Notes under the pieces: generated by a model
Seen by the model: the letters and a program-made list of their open reading frames with translations, nothing else
The model's database searches: none
What the model was told of the DNA's origin: nothing
Program-made: the position numbers and the translations under genes
Source: Candidatus Thorarchaeota archaeon
GTDB taxonomy: Archaea; Asgardarchaeota; Thorarchaeia; Thorarchaeales; Thorarchaeaceae
NCBI GenBank assembly: GCA_029856425.1
Contig: JAHQWZ010000002.1
Coordinates: forward strand, 1-38,223
Length of the DNA stretch: 38,223 nt
Reading direction: 5' to 3'
In this document: in pieces, positions 9,051 to 16,841 of the stretch
Layout of the letters: each line of letters opens with the position of its first letter
Numbering within the stretch: the first letter of the stretch is position 1

Positions 9051-10376
9051 ATGAGCGCCAAATCGCGTGGGACTCCCAGTTTAAAGAGCATAAGAACGCA
9101 GTATTCAGACCTTTCTTTCAAAACAGGTAGGCATGTTCTAATCGTAAGCTCATCAATGCCCGAATCTACGATTTCTTCTGCCATACTATCAAGATCCATT
9201 CTCAAGTCTGGTGATTTGTTTCACATGACGTTTGTTGAGCCAGTCATACAGTCTGAAGAATTAAACAGCGTACGAAGCATTTACCCTGATTCATCAGTCA
9301 TTGTCATAGGGGTTGACGTTGTGGACAAGAAAAGAATCAAGAAGGGAAAGAGCTATCCCATTTTCATTGGCGGTGTCCACGAGTCCGAACAGATTCAATC
9401 ACTTTGTCTAGGAAACGAGCGGACCATTTCTTCGGCAGCATACGTACTTGCCGATGAAATCATCGAAACTGGTCCTGAAGAACTTCAACTTGCTGCTGCA
9501 GGAACACTGCTCAGTGATCAGTCCATAAAGCTGAAGGGTGCGGCTAGAGAGATAGTAACATCAGCCCAGAATAAAGGCCTCATTGAAGAAACAAAGGGAT
9601 TCAGACTATTCGGAGTCAATTTCATGCCTTTGAATGAGGTCTTGGCGTATAGCATAAGACCCTATCTACCCAATCTAAGTGGCCGTCCTGAAATCTGTGA
9701 TAAAATCTATGAAGAAGCCGATATCCCGTACTCTAAATTCAGAACACCTCTTAGTTCTCTCACTTCTCAAGAAGCAAAACGGATGAACGCGCAGCTTCTC
9801 CCCAAGCTCGATCCCAGCGTAATCCCTCAAGTCTTAGGACAAGACTTCATCCTCTCCTCAGAAAGTGAGGTAAGTCCAGCACGCCTACTATCGGGCATAA
9901 AGGCCATAGCTGAAACTGCTTGGACTCTTGCTGAATCGGGGGCGTCCACAGCCATCTGGATTGGCGACCGTGCACGTATACTACGAGGTCTTCTTGATTC
10001 ATATATGGCACACTCGAAAGACGTTATTGCAGGTGTAGAACGAATGGTCGCGACTCTTCAAGAGTCTGAATCCAAAAGAACGGATTGGCCTATTACGATT
10101 TCGCAAACCGAAGCACGCGAAGAAGTACTGAGCGATGTAGGACGAGTGGTACTAGAAGCAAATTATGTAGAAACAGACAGATTGATAGTCATTTCTAAAG
10201 ACAGTTGCATCTCTGCAATATGGAAATCCGGGTCTTTTGTTCTTCAGGACTTATTGCGCTCTCTAATCAGTGTGGGCATTCATCCAATTGCCACATCCTC
10301 TAACTCATTAAGAGTCAATGACGCATCCGAGGAAACGAAATCGAAGATAGAGAGCACTCTAAGAGGCAAGCGATAG
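9051..10376 (+). CDS. RecJ/Cdc45-like DHH-superfamily protein with degenerate catalytic motifs (putative non-catalytic replisome component)
   Basis: The N-terminal pattern HVLIVSSSMPESTISSAIL sits where RecJ/GAN proteins carry hxDxDG(i)sSaaIl. There is no DHH or GGGH motif. The gene follows rps15, as I recall for many archaeal recJ/GAN genes. Confidence 0.4.
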   Translation: MSAKSRGTPSLKSIRTQYSDLSFKTGRHVLIVSSSMPESTISSAILSRSILKSGDLFHMTFVEPVIQSEELNSVRSIYPDSSVIVIGVDVVDKKRIKKGKSYPIFIGGVHESEQIQSLCLGNERTISSAAYVLADEIIETGPEELQLAAAGTLLSDQSIKLKGAAREIVTSAQNKGLIEETKGFRLFGVNFMPLNEVLAYSIRPYLPNLSGRPEICDKIYEEADIPYSKFRTPLSSLTSQEAKRMNAQLLPKLDPSVIPQVLGQDFILSSESEVSPARLLSGIKAIAETAWTLAESGASTAIWIGDRARILRGLLDSYMAHSKDVIAGVERMVATLQESESKRTDWPITISQTEAREEVLSDVGRVVLEANYVETDRLIVISKDSCISAIWKSGSFVLQDLLRSLISVGIHPIATSSNSLRVNDASEETKSKIESTLRGKR

Positions 10377-10384
10377 GTGAGTCA

Positions 10385-10624
10385 ATGAGAGCAGTAATCG
10401 AGTTGACCCTTGCATCATCTATGGAGGCAAAAGAAGTTCTTGAAGCAATATCGCCTGATAACTTTCCGCTCCCAGACGGACTTGAAATTGATACACGAGT
10501 TGATGAGAACGTACTTGTTGTTGAAATCACCTGTAGTCGAGGACCCAAGAGTTTCGGCGCAACAGTTGAAGACTTGATGAGTGCAATAGATCTTTCCCTT
10601 CGCACAATGAAGTCAATTGGATAA
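10385..10624 (+). CDS. pcc1: KEOPS complex Pcc1-like subunit
   Basis: 79 aa. The pattern is AKEVLEAISPDN ... LVVEITCSRGPKSFGATVEDLMSAIDLSLRT, and the size and alpha/beta layout are typical of archaeal Pcc1. Confidence 0.6.
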   Translation: MRAVIELTLASSMEAKEVLEAISPDNFPLPDGLEIDTRVDENVLVVEITCSRGPKSFGATVEDLMSAIDLSLRTMKSIG

Positions 10625-10631
10625 TACCAAC

Positions 10632-12092
10632 TCAGTTTCCATCTCGATTTAGAAACTCGTCATGAATGGCTTCCGCCCGTGAACGTGCCTGAGTTGCCAT
10701 TTCGTCAGTAATGAATCCCCGCTGAACTGCACGATTCAATAGGTGCTGGTCAATCACACGTATTCTCCCATTCTCCTCAAATGGGGTCTTGATTACGTCA
10801 ATTTCAAGGTCCACATATCGAATACGTCCAGGTCCGCTTCCATTACTTGGATACAGTTCAACCCCAGTATTGATGTTCAGATAGGTCCCCTTCAATACAT
10901 CATTCTTTGAATAGTATTCAGTGACAAGAGTCATAGAGCCAGGAACCACCTCAGTCAGTGCATAGTCTCCATCATCCCTAGGGACTTCCACCCCCTCTGG
11001 GTAGTCTTGTAGCAGTTTGAGCTTGCGACTAGTATGGCGAAACTGTCTTCGAATCACAAGGCCCCGTGGATTTGTTTCAACCACCCTTCCTTTTGTCAAA
11101 AGGATAGACCTGCCATCCAGTTTCACATGCTCAATGTTAATCGGGTCGTCGACTCTTGGCATGTCTAAGCCAATTACCTTCTCCAACTTTGATGTGATAT
11201 ATTTCCGTTCTTCTGGACGGTCTTCTATCACCAGCTCAACCAAATCCACTAATGGTGCATATCCTGCGCTCTTGTAGAAGTGATGTCTATCTACAGTAGG
11301 TTTGATTTTGGCTCTGGTTTTATCTAGCGCTTCTTTCACTTCTGCTGGAAACTCGATGTCGGCATTGCTAGTTCCCTCAAAAAGCAGACCCGTCGTGTCC
11401 AATTCAGACTGCTTCGAATATATCCGCTGCGCCACATCAAGAAGGTCCTCCACCTCATTTCGTAGCTCTTCTTCCGTGAGTTTCTCTGCAGCAGTTCTCC
11501 AGAGAATTCCCCAATCCCCTGTATGCTCACGCAAATTCCTTCCCAACACCATGAGATTGTTTCTCATTTCTTGGTCTTTGATCTTGGTACTGAGTCTGAC
11601 GACAGGTTCCGGCAGAAGTACTGCAGATCGTCCAGGTATTGTTATGCTTGATGATAGAACTGGAGCCTTGCGACCGTAATCATGCGCACGAACTTGGACC
11701 ATTATGCTGTTTCCCCTTCTCAGTCCTCTATCTGGAAGCAGTCCTGAGATGGTTCCTAGATCTATCCGGGTCTGTCCAGTCTTTTCATCTCTACCAAGGA
11801 CAAATCCCTTGTAGATAGAGCTCTTTGCAACTCGGGGCGTACGTGTTATCACCCATCCGAGGCGTCTCCGCAACACTTCCGTCAATTTATCTAGAATCGC
11901 CTCATAGGCAATTGCTACAATACCTTGAAGGTCGCTTCGATCCCAGATATCGACATCAGGTATTTCACTTCGAAAGGGCAAACCAAATCTTCTTGCTACC
12001 TCAGGAGTGGGTTGAACCATCTCAAAGTGGTTTTGCAGCATAATCTGTGTTAACGACTGAGCGTAGATTCCTCTTATTCTCGCCTTAATCAT
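10632..12092 (-). CDS. fau-1: FAU-1 / RNA-binding protein AU-1 (RNase E/G-like, with C-terminal DUF402)
   Basis: The N-terminus IKARIRGIYAQSLTQIMLQNHFEMVQPTPEVARRFGL and the ~480-aa length match my recollection of the archaeal FAU-1 family. Confidence 0.7.
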   Translation of the reverse strand: MIKARIRGIYAQSLTQIMLQNHFEMVQPTPEVARRFGLPFRSEIPDVDIWDRSDLQGIVAIAYEAILDKLTEVLRRRLGWVITRTPRVAKSSIYKGFVLGRDEKTGQTRIDLGTISGLLPDRGLRRGNSIMVQVRAHDYGRKAPVLSSSITIPGRSAVLLPEPVVRLSTKIKDQEMRNNLMVLGRNLREHTGDWGILWRTAAEKLTEEELRNEVEDLLDVAQRIYSKQSELDTTGLLFEGTSNADIEFPAEVKEALDKTRAKIKPTVDRHHFYKSAGYAPLVDLVELVIEDRPEERKYITSKLEKVIGLDMPRVDDPINIEHVKLDGRSILLTKGRVVETNPRGLVIRRQFRHTSRKLKLLQDYPEGVEVPRDDGDYALTEVVPGSMTLVTEYYSKNDVLKGTYLNINTGVELYPSNGSGPGRIRYVDLEIDVIKTPFEENGRIRVIDQHLLNRAVQRGFITDEMATQARSRAEAIHDEFLNRDGN

Positions 12093-12173
12093 ATGTGAAC
12101 ACTGGCCCGGGCATAAGGCACCAACATCGTACCATCAGCAGTTTTGACTGGCCGCGAACTCCACTAGTCTTGC

Positions 12174-12440
12174 TCATGCATCACGTATTGGCTCTAGATT
12201 GCTCAATACGCGCCAAATTCTTGTTCGAGCAAAGTTGGGACAATTCGGATCTTGATTTGGCTCATCCAGAATCGCTATTGCATTCTGTGCTCTGGCGGCT
12301 GGTGAATCCGCTTCATTTTCAAGGGCTGCAATGGCCTCATTAGCGGCTCGTCTGATGTTTCGGGGAACCGAGTTATTCTCTGATATCTGTTTAAGAAGCT
12401 GCTTGCTTAAATCAACGTTCTGTTGAGTTTCGGTGTCCAT
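12174..12440 (-). CDS. UPF0147-family small archaeal protein
   Basis: 88 aa with the family-typical SVPRNIRRAANEAI ... DPNCPNFARTRIWRVLSNLE. Confidence 0.65.
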   Translation of the reverse strand: MDTETQQNVDLSKQLLKQISENNSVPRNIRRAANEAIAALENEADSPAARAQNAIAILDEPNQDPNCPNFARTRIWRVLSNLEPIRDA

Positions 12441-12613
12441 CTGGACTCACCTCTGAATTGTCTTTACGCACAAATGGAGTGCGAACAACAAGACAAAGAC
12501 CTGATTCTGCGCATATCAACGTTTCCGTCAAGCTCTATTCTCTGTACGTTTGATGGGCCTCCATAGTGGATTGTCTTATATTCGCCAATACCCTGATTCC
12601 TGTAGTGGCCAAC

Positions 12614-12967
12614 ATGGATAAGACAAATGACAGTTCGGTCAAGAAGATGGCTGAGCTTCTCCGCCGTGGAGCGACTATGCTGGCAGAATCATGTCCGCAA
12701 TGTGGTTCTCCTCTCATGAAGGTGGAGAATGACATATACTGCGCTACATGTGATAGAAGAATTGTATATGCAGACTCCGATGAAGAAGCTGAAACTCAGG
12801 CTGTCAAAGTTCTAATCCCTCAGCTCAGAGAAACTCTAATTCGAAAGCTCTCCTCTCTGACCAATGTCCTTGATACTGAAAATGATACGGAAGCACTGAC
12901 AAAGCTCGCAAACCTAATGGTACTGCTTCTACAGGCCCTACACAAACTAGAGAGCATGAGTAGCTAG
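12614..12967 (+). CDS. UPF0148 / autoantigen p27 (Sjogren's syndrome/scleroderma autoantigen 1)-family zinc-ribbon protein
   Basis: MAELLRRGATMLAESCPQCGSPLMKVENDIYCATCDRRI, with a helical C-terminal tail. The ORF opens at 12566 (GTG), but ATG 12614 fits the family length, and a TATA-like TTATAT lies about 30 nt upstream. Confidence 0.7.
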   Translation: MDKTNDSSVKKMAELLRRGATMLAESCPQCGSPLMKVENDIYCATCDRRIVYADSDEEAETQAVKVLIPQLRETLIRKLSSLTNVLDTENDTEALTKLANLMVLLLQALHKLESMSS

Positions 12968-12969
12968 AA

Positions 12970-13614
12970 CTACTCTTTCTTGGTGCCCCTTCGAAGTCTG
13001 GCCCTTCGTGCCTTTACTTCCTCAGGGCCCTTCAGGACTTTGCTCTTTCGAATCTCACACTGTCTGATGGGTATTATCTTCTTGACCTCTTCGTGAACTT
13101 CAGCTGCAAGGTCCCCTAGTAGCACTTTCTCAACCAACTCATCAAAGACATGGAGTTTAGCATGCTTTCTTATGATTCGTTCAATAGTTTTCCTGACTGC
13201 ATGTTCTTGACTTGTTCTTGAACGGGAATTTGTGAAAACTATAACTGAGATCCTCATCAAGAAATCGTCCTTGGTCAAAATAGGACCAATCCAGTCTATT
13301 CTTGATGTACCTCTCCTTACAAGACCTCTGAGGTAGTCCGAACTCCACTCATGGCCATGGAAGACGGTATTCGCCTGCTGTCCAACCACTTCAAGTATCT
13401 TGAATCGAATCTTCACATGAATTGAATCGAAGTCCCCATTCAGATCATACAGTGTAGGTTCTACCGTACGTCCAATCAATAGCTCCGGATTGCCAGAAGG
13501 TGTGAGACCTATTTCCTTGTTGTCGAAATAGTCTGGTGCAACTATTTGATACCAGACCTTCTCACGCCACTTGTCTCGGGTCCTTGCCGCTGCCTGTCTG
13601 CTTCTAGAGGACAT
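12970..13614 (-). CDS. rps3ae: 30S ribosomal protein eS1 (S3Ae)
   Basis: The N-terminus is RTRDKWREKVWYQIVAPDYF. The 214-aa length and basic C-terminus are typical. Confidence 0.9.
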   Translation of the reverse strand: MSSRSRQAAARTRDKWREKVWYQIVAPDYFDNKEIGLTPSGNPELLIGRTVEPTLYDLNGDFDSIHVKIRFKILEVVGQQANTVFHGHEWSSDYLRGLVRRGTSRIDWIGPILTKDDFLMRISVIVFTNSRSRTSQEHAVRKTIERIIRKHAKLHVFDELVEKVLLGDLAAEVHEEVKKIIPIRQCEIRKSKVLKGPEEVKARRARLRRGTKKE

Positions 13615-13806
13615 CTGACTTTCACGCTCATGTGAGTATTAGTGAATCCAAAGAATCACGATTTGGTCCGCGGCTCTGGGCCTCTGGACCGCGCCGACAT
13701 TCAACGAGTCGAATAAAAAGCTTGTGACATGAACGGGTCGAGATTGACCATATTTGCAAAAGGGATGAAAACTAATAGACACACCCGAGCAAACTAGATA
13801 TGGGAT

Positions 13807-13971
13807 ATGTTGCAGGACGATTTGGAGACATTCGGAATGACAGATATTGTATGTCCTCGGTGTGGCTACAAGGAAGTCGCCATGGTGAAGAAAGAGATGA
13901 TGGGGGATGGCGGCTACAGAAGGCATTTCCGCTGTCCAAGATGTAGCAACACTTGGGAGAAAATGGGCTGA
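13807..13971 (+). CDS. Small zinc-ribbon protein (54 aa; 44 aa from the internal ATG at 13837), absent from the ORF track
   Basis: My own translation is MLQDDLETFGMTDIVCPRCGYKEVAMVKKEMMGDGGYRRHFRCPRCSNTWEKMG*. It has two CPRC knuckles 24 residues apart and lies in an otherwise empty 430-nt gap between rps3ae and tRNA-Leu. Confidence 0.5.
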   Translation: MLQDDLETFGMTDIVCPRCGYKEVAMVKKEMMGDGGYRRHFRCPRCSNTWEKMG

Positions 13972-14046
13972 ACATTTTCGCTACGTCAAAACCTTTTCTA
14001 ATTCCATAATGGTTATATCAAGACTACAGGCTTCCATGCAACACAC

Positions 14047-14134
14047 GCGGAGGTTGCCAAGCCTGGTCAAAGGCGCAGGGTTTAGGTCCCTGTCTTGTAG
14101 AAGTTCGCGAGTTCGAATCTCGCCCTCCGCACCA
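14047..14134 (+). tRNA. tRNA-Leu (anticodon UAG), type II, with encoded CCA
   Basis: Hand-folded. The acceptor is GCGGAGG/CCTCCGC, the anticodon stem is CAGGG/CCCTG and the loop is TT-TAG-GT. The variable arm is 14 nt and the T arm is GCGAG-TTCGAAT-CTCGC. The discriminator is A, followed by CCA. Confidence 0.9.
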
Positions 14135-14157
14135 TCATATTCTCTTGTAATCACTTT

Positions 14158-14571
14158 TCACGAACCCTTGGGCTCAATGCCAAATCGACTAGAAACATTT
14201 GTGAAGAAACGCTCGAGACCGAACACAACTGCATCAAGTTCGCTCTTGAAGTTCTCAAGATTTGTCTGCTCTGGAATGTCATTTTCCGAGTACAAATTGC
14301 CCTTCTCATCCATAGAATAGGTTACATCGTCAAGCTGCCAATTCTCATGCAGCAAGAAACCATAGAGATCTTCCTTGCTTTCTGCTGGAATCTCATCCGA
14401 CCTAAGAAGCAACACAGCCACGAGAATCCATTTGTCAGCACGTACTGTAATTCTAATCTCGAAATTGGTGCCCTCAACATCCCACAGCAACTTGAACGTA
14501 TTTTTATCCTCTTCAAGCTCAAAAGGCACTTCAAGCGAGTTCAGCCAATTCTTAATCTGCTCCATTGACAT
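14158..14571 (-). CDS. Hypothetical acidic cytosolic protein, possibly YbjN / secretion-chaperone-like fold
   Basis: 137-aa ORF between the two tRNA loci. The fold suggestion rests only on its size, acidity and alternating beta/alpha pattern. Confidence 0.4.
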   Translation of the reverse strand: MSMEQIKNWLNSLEVPFELEEDKNTFKLLWDVEGTNFEIRITVRADKWILVAVLLLRSDEIPAESKEDLYGFLLHENWQLDDVTYSMDEKGNLYSENDIPEQTNLENFKSELDAVVFGLERFFTNVSSRFGIEPKGS

Positions 14572-14639
14572 TTCGGAAGACTCTCCAGCGTTGAAAGCGG
14601 TATCACTACAGAGTATTGAGTATTATGGATGGACCAGAA

Positions 14640-14686
14640 TGGCGCCGGGGATGGGACTTGAATTCACTGGTCATTTGGATGCTGTC
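14640..14686 (-). pseudogene. Decayed copy of the 3' half of tRNA-Ser (tRNA fragment, possibly a relic att site)
   Basis: The minus strand reads ATGACCAGTGAATTCAAGTCCCATCCCCGGCGCCA. This matches the last 35 nt of the intact tRNA-Ser at 15285-15319 at 27 of 35 positions. The 3' acceptor strand plus GCCA is identical, along with 4 nt beyond it. No matching 5' acceptor strand is present and the T stem is broken. Confidence 0.55.
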
Positions 14687-14763
14687 ATTGATATGCAAGT
14701 TAGTGCATAATCATCTCGCAGCTGAATGCACCGCCTAACTGATATCGCAATAGGGGTTCATAA

Positions 14764-15321
14764 TTGCAAATCCGTCTAGTACTAGAAAGATTCGTCCAGA
14801 GAGGAAGTGCGCTGGGAGCATGGATTGTTATAGTATCGACACTGCTAGGACCAATTACTTGCTTTTACTGGGGTAATCTCCTTTTTCAGGGCGACCACCA
14901 GTTGTATTTCGTTTGGGGTATCTATAGTCTAGATAGGCAGCGAATAATCCCATATAATCCTTTGATGAATCCAATAGATCCATCTGAAATATTCCTTCTA
15001 GTCACACTCTGGTTGGTATGTGGATTTATTCTGGTGGCGACTATGCTATATTCCTCATTGGAGAAACATAGTCCAGTCATTGTGTGGACAGTTCTAGCAT
15101 TTGTCCTCATACTTCAAATCGTTCTTCCATTCGTGGTTCTTCCAATCACAGACCTTGACAAGTATCCCTACTCTGTGGAATGGACCGGCGTATTGGCGTC
15201 ATATCCTTTCCCCGCAGTTCTGGCAATTGCAGCTCAATCAGTTCTGCATCTTATTCAATCGAAGATAAAACGACAGAATACAGATGGCGCCGGGGAAGGG
15301 ACTCGAACCCCTGAGTCATAA
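14764..15321 (+). CDS. Hypothetical integral membrane protein (about 4 predicted TM segments)
   Basis: 185-aa ORF with a TTG start and clear hydrophobic helices (WIVIVSTLLGPITCFYW, IFLLVTLWLVCGFILVATMLY, VIVWTVLAFVLILQIVLPFVVL, VLASYPFPAVLAIAAQSVL). Its last 37 nt overlap tRNA-Ser on the opposite strand. Confidence 0.4.
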   Translation: MQIRLVLERFVQRGSALGAWIVIVSTLLGPITCFYWGNLLFQGDHQLYFVWGIYSLDRQRIIPYNPLMNPIDPSEIFLLVTLWLVCGFILVATMLYSSLEKHSPVIVWTVLAFVLILQIVLPFVVLPITDLDKYPYSVEWTGVLASYPFPAVLAIAAQSVLHLIQSKIKRQNTDGAGEGTRTPES

Positions 15322-15387
15322 AGACAGCGGTTCTCTCGTAGGCGAAATAGTTCGAGACCGCCTCCGTAGCCGCTTGGATACCCCGGC
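15285..15387 (-). tRNA. tRNA-Ser (anticodon CGA), type II, with an 18-nt canonical-position intron (15333-15350) and encoded CCA
   Basis: Hand-folded from the reverse complement. The acceptor is GCCGGGG/CCCCGGC and the anticodon stem is GCGGT/ACCGC. The loop is CT-CGA-A, then the intron CTATTTCGCCTACGAGAG, then A. TCTCG/CGAGA pairing is consistent with a bulge-helix-bulge. The variable arm is 14 nt and the T loop is TTCGAGT. Confidence 0.85.
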
Positions 15388-15443
15388 ATCAATGCAGCAG
15401 GAGTTATGCTCTGAAGTTCCGATTTAACTCTAACTCTCCAAAC

Positions 15444-16829
15444 TCACTTGCTTGCCGTTTCTACAGCACGTTTCATGATATCCATCGAGAGTTTTGCAAG
15501 TTTGTCCAGAGTCGCTTGGTTCTTGGCACCAATGTAGACACGCGCCTTTGGTTCAGTCCCTGACACTCTGACAAGGAGATAGGATCCATCCTTGCGTTCA
15601 ATCCTAATCCCATCTTCCTCAAGGATTTGCTCAATATCACTGATCTCTGGAACAAGCATTTCTTTGACCATTGAAATGAACCGCGGTTTTATCTCGTCTG
15701 GACAAGGTATGTTGTCACGGAGAATTGGATACTCGGGAATAGACTTCATCAATTTGATACAGCTGCCATTTCCCATTTCGTCCATCATCTGAGCAAACCT
15801 AGCGGCACCTGTCACACCATCCATCCATCCGCCAAGTTCTGCGAATATTGGTTTCCATGGTTCAGAAGCAAAGACAACACTGCCATCAGTCCTGACCGCA
15901 AGAATCTCCTGCAACGATCCGAGAGGAGCTCTTACAACTTCACCACCTTCTGCTCGAACCACCTCATCGATAACACTTGAAGTGTCAATTGATACAACTA
16001 CCGTACCTCCGCCTCTACGTTGCACCTCATCTCTAGCAAACAACGCTATGACTCTGTTCTGGTCTATGAAATTTCCATCCTCATCAATCACAGCGAGGCG
16101 GTCGCCATCACCATCATGACACAAGGCAACGGAGAAATCGGAGTCAGCAATCATCTTCATTGTGTCTTGGAGGTTCTTTGGTGACGGTTCTGCGGGCCTT
16201 CCAGGGAAATGTCCATCCTGATGCGCATTCACGGTTGTAACTGAGAATCCAAGCTCCCTGAGAAGACGAGGCGTGTAGTCTGTCGCCGCTCCATTTGCTG
16301 TATCAACAAGAATCTTTGTACCTTCGCTAGTTCCTCCTCTACTCAGCACAAATTCCTTCACCCGATTAAGATACTGGTTCCTGATGTCAAAGTGACGAAT
16401 TTCCCCAATATTCCGCCAATCAGCTTTGACAAACTCTTGATCAGAAACATGAGCCTCAAGAAACTCCTCCTCGGATCGAATGAACTCGCGTCCTGATAGG
16501 AAGAATTTGAAGCCATTATCATTTGGAGGATTGTGACTGGCAGTGATTATTACTGATGCTGATACTTTCTCGACCGAGCTGTGATAAGCCACAGTAGGCA
16601 TTGGAGCTATTCCCAAATCAATCACATCAACCCCTGTCGATAATACTCCCGAAACGAATGCACCCTTCAGCATCTCTCTGGACGTTCTTGCATCGATACC
16701 TACACCGACCGCACCCTGACCTTTCAGGAGAGATCCCAATGCCCTTCCAAGTCCGAGGGCAAGATCAACGGTCACTTTCGAATCTATACCGCCACGAATT
16801 CCACTAGTTCCAAATAGCTTCTGACCCAT
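15444..16829 (-). CDS. Phosphohexose mutase family (phosphoglucosamine mutase / phosphomannomutase)
   Basis: It has FGTSGIRG, the active-site Ser loop TASHNPPNDNGFK and the metal loop CHDGDGDRL. The ORF opens at 16838, and ATG 16829 (MGQKLFGTSGIRG) is likely. Confidence 0.85.
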   Translation of the reverse strand: MGQKLFGTSGIRGGIDSKVTVDLALGLGRALGSLLKGQGAVGVGIDARTSREMLKGAFVSGVLSTGVDVIDLGIAPMPTVAYHSSVEKVSASVIITASHNPPNDNGFKFFLSGREFIRSEEEFLEAHVSDQEFVKADWRNIGEIRHFDIRNQYLNRVKEFVLSRGGTSEGTKILVDTANGAATDYTPRLLRELGFSVTTVNAHQDGHFPGRPAEPSPKNLQDTMKMIADSDFSVALCHDGDGDRLAVIDEDGNFIDQNRVIALFARDEVQRRGGGTVVVSIDTSSVIDEVVRAEGGEVVRAPLGSLQEILAVRTDGSVVFASEPWKPIFAELGGWMDGVTGAARFAQMMDEMGNGSCIKLMKSIPEYPILRDNIPCPDEIKPRFISMVKEMLVPEISDIEQILEEDGIRIERKDGSYLLVRVSGTEPKARVYIGAKNQATLDKLAKLSMDIMKRAVETASK

Positions 16830-16841
16830 TAAGCACACCTT

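Noticed and set aside
13907-14320. 137-aa ORF on the + strand
   Set aside because: It runs straight through the well-folded tRNA-Leu (14047-14134) and is antisense to the 14158..14571 ORF. Its Ser/Arg-rich composition looks non-coding.
14640-14760. Possibility that the tRNA-Ser-like copy is a functional tRNA with a large intron
   Set aside because: The reverse complement has no GCCGGGG 5' acceptor strand. The T stem (GTGAA/CCCAT) cannot pair. Similarity to tRNA-Ser fades upstream of the last ~45 nt.
14572-15443. Active integrated mobile element at the tRNA-Ser locus
   Set aside because: No integrase, transposase or replication gene lies between the repeats. The repeats are only about 77% identical, so at most this is a relic.
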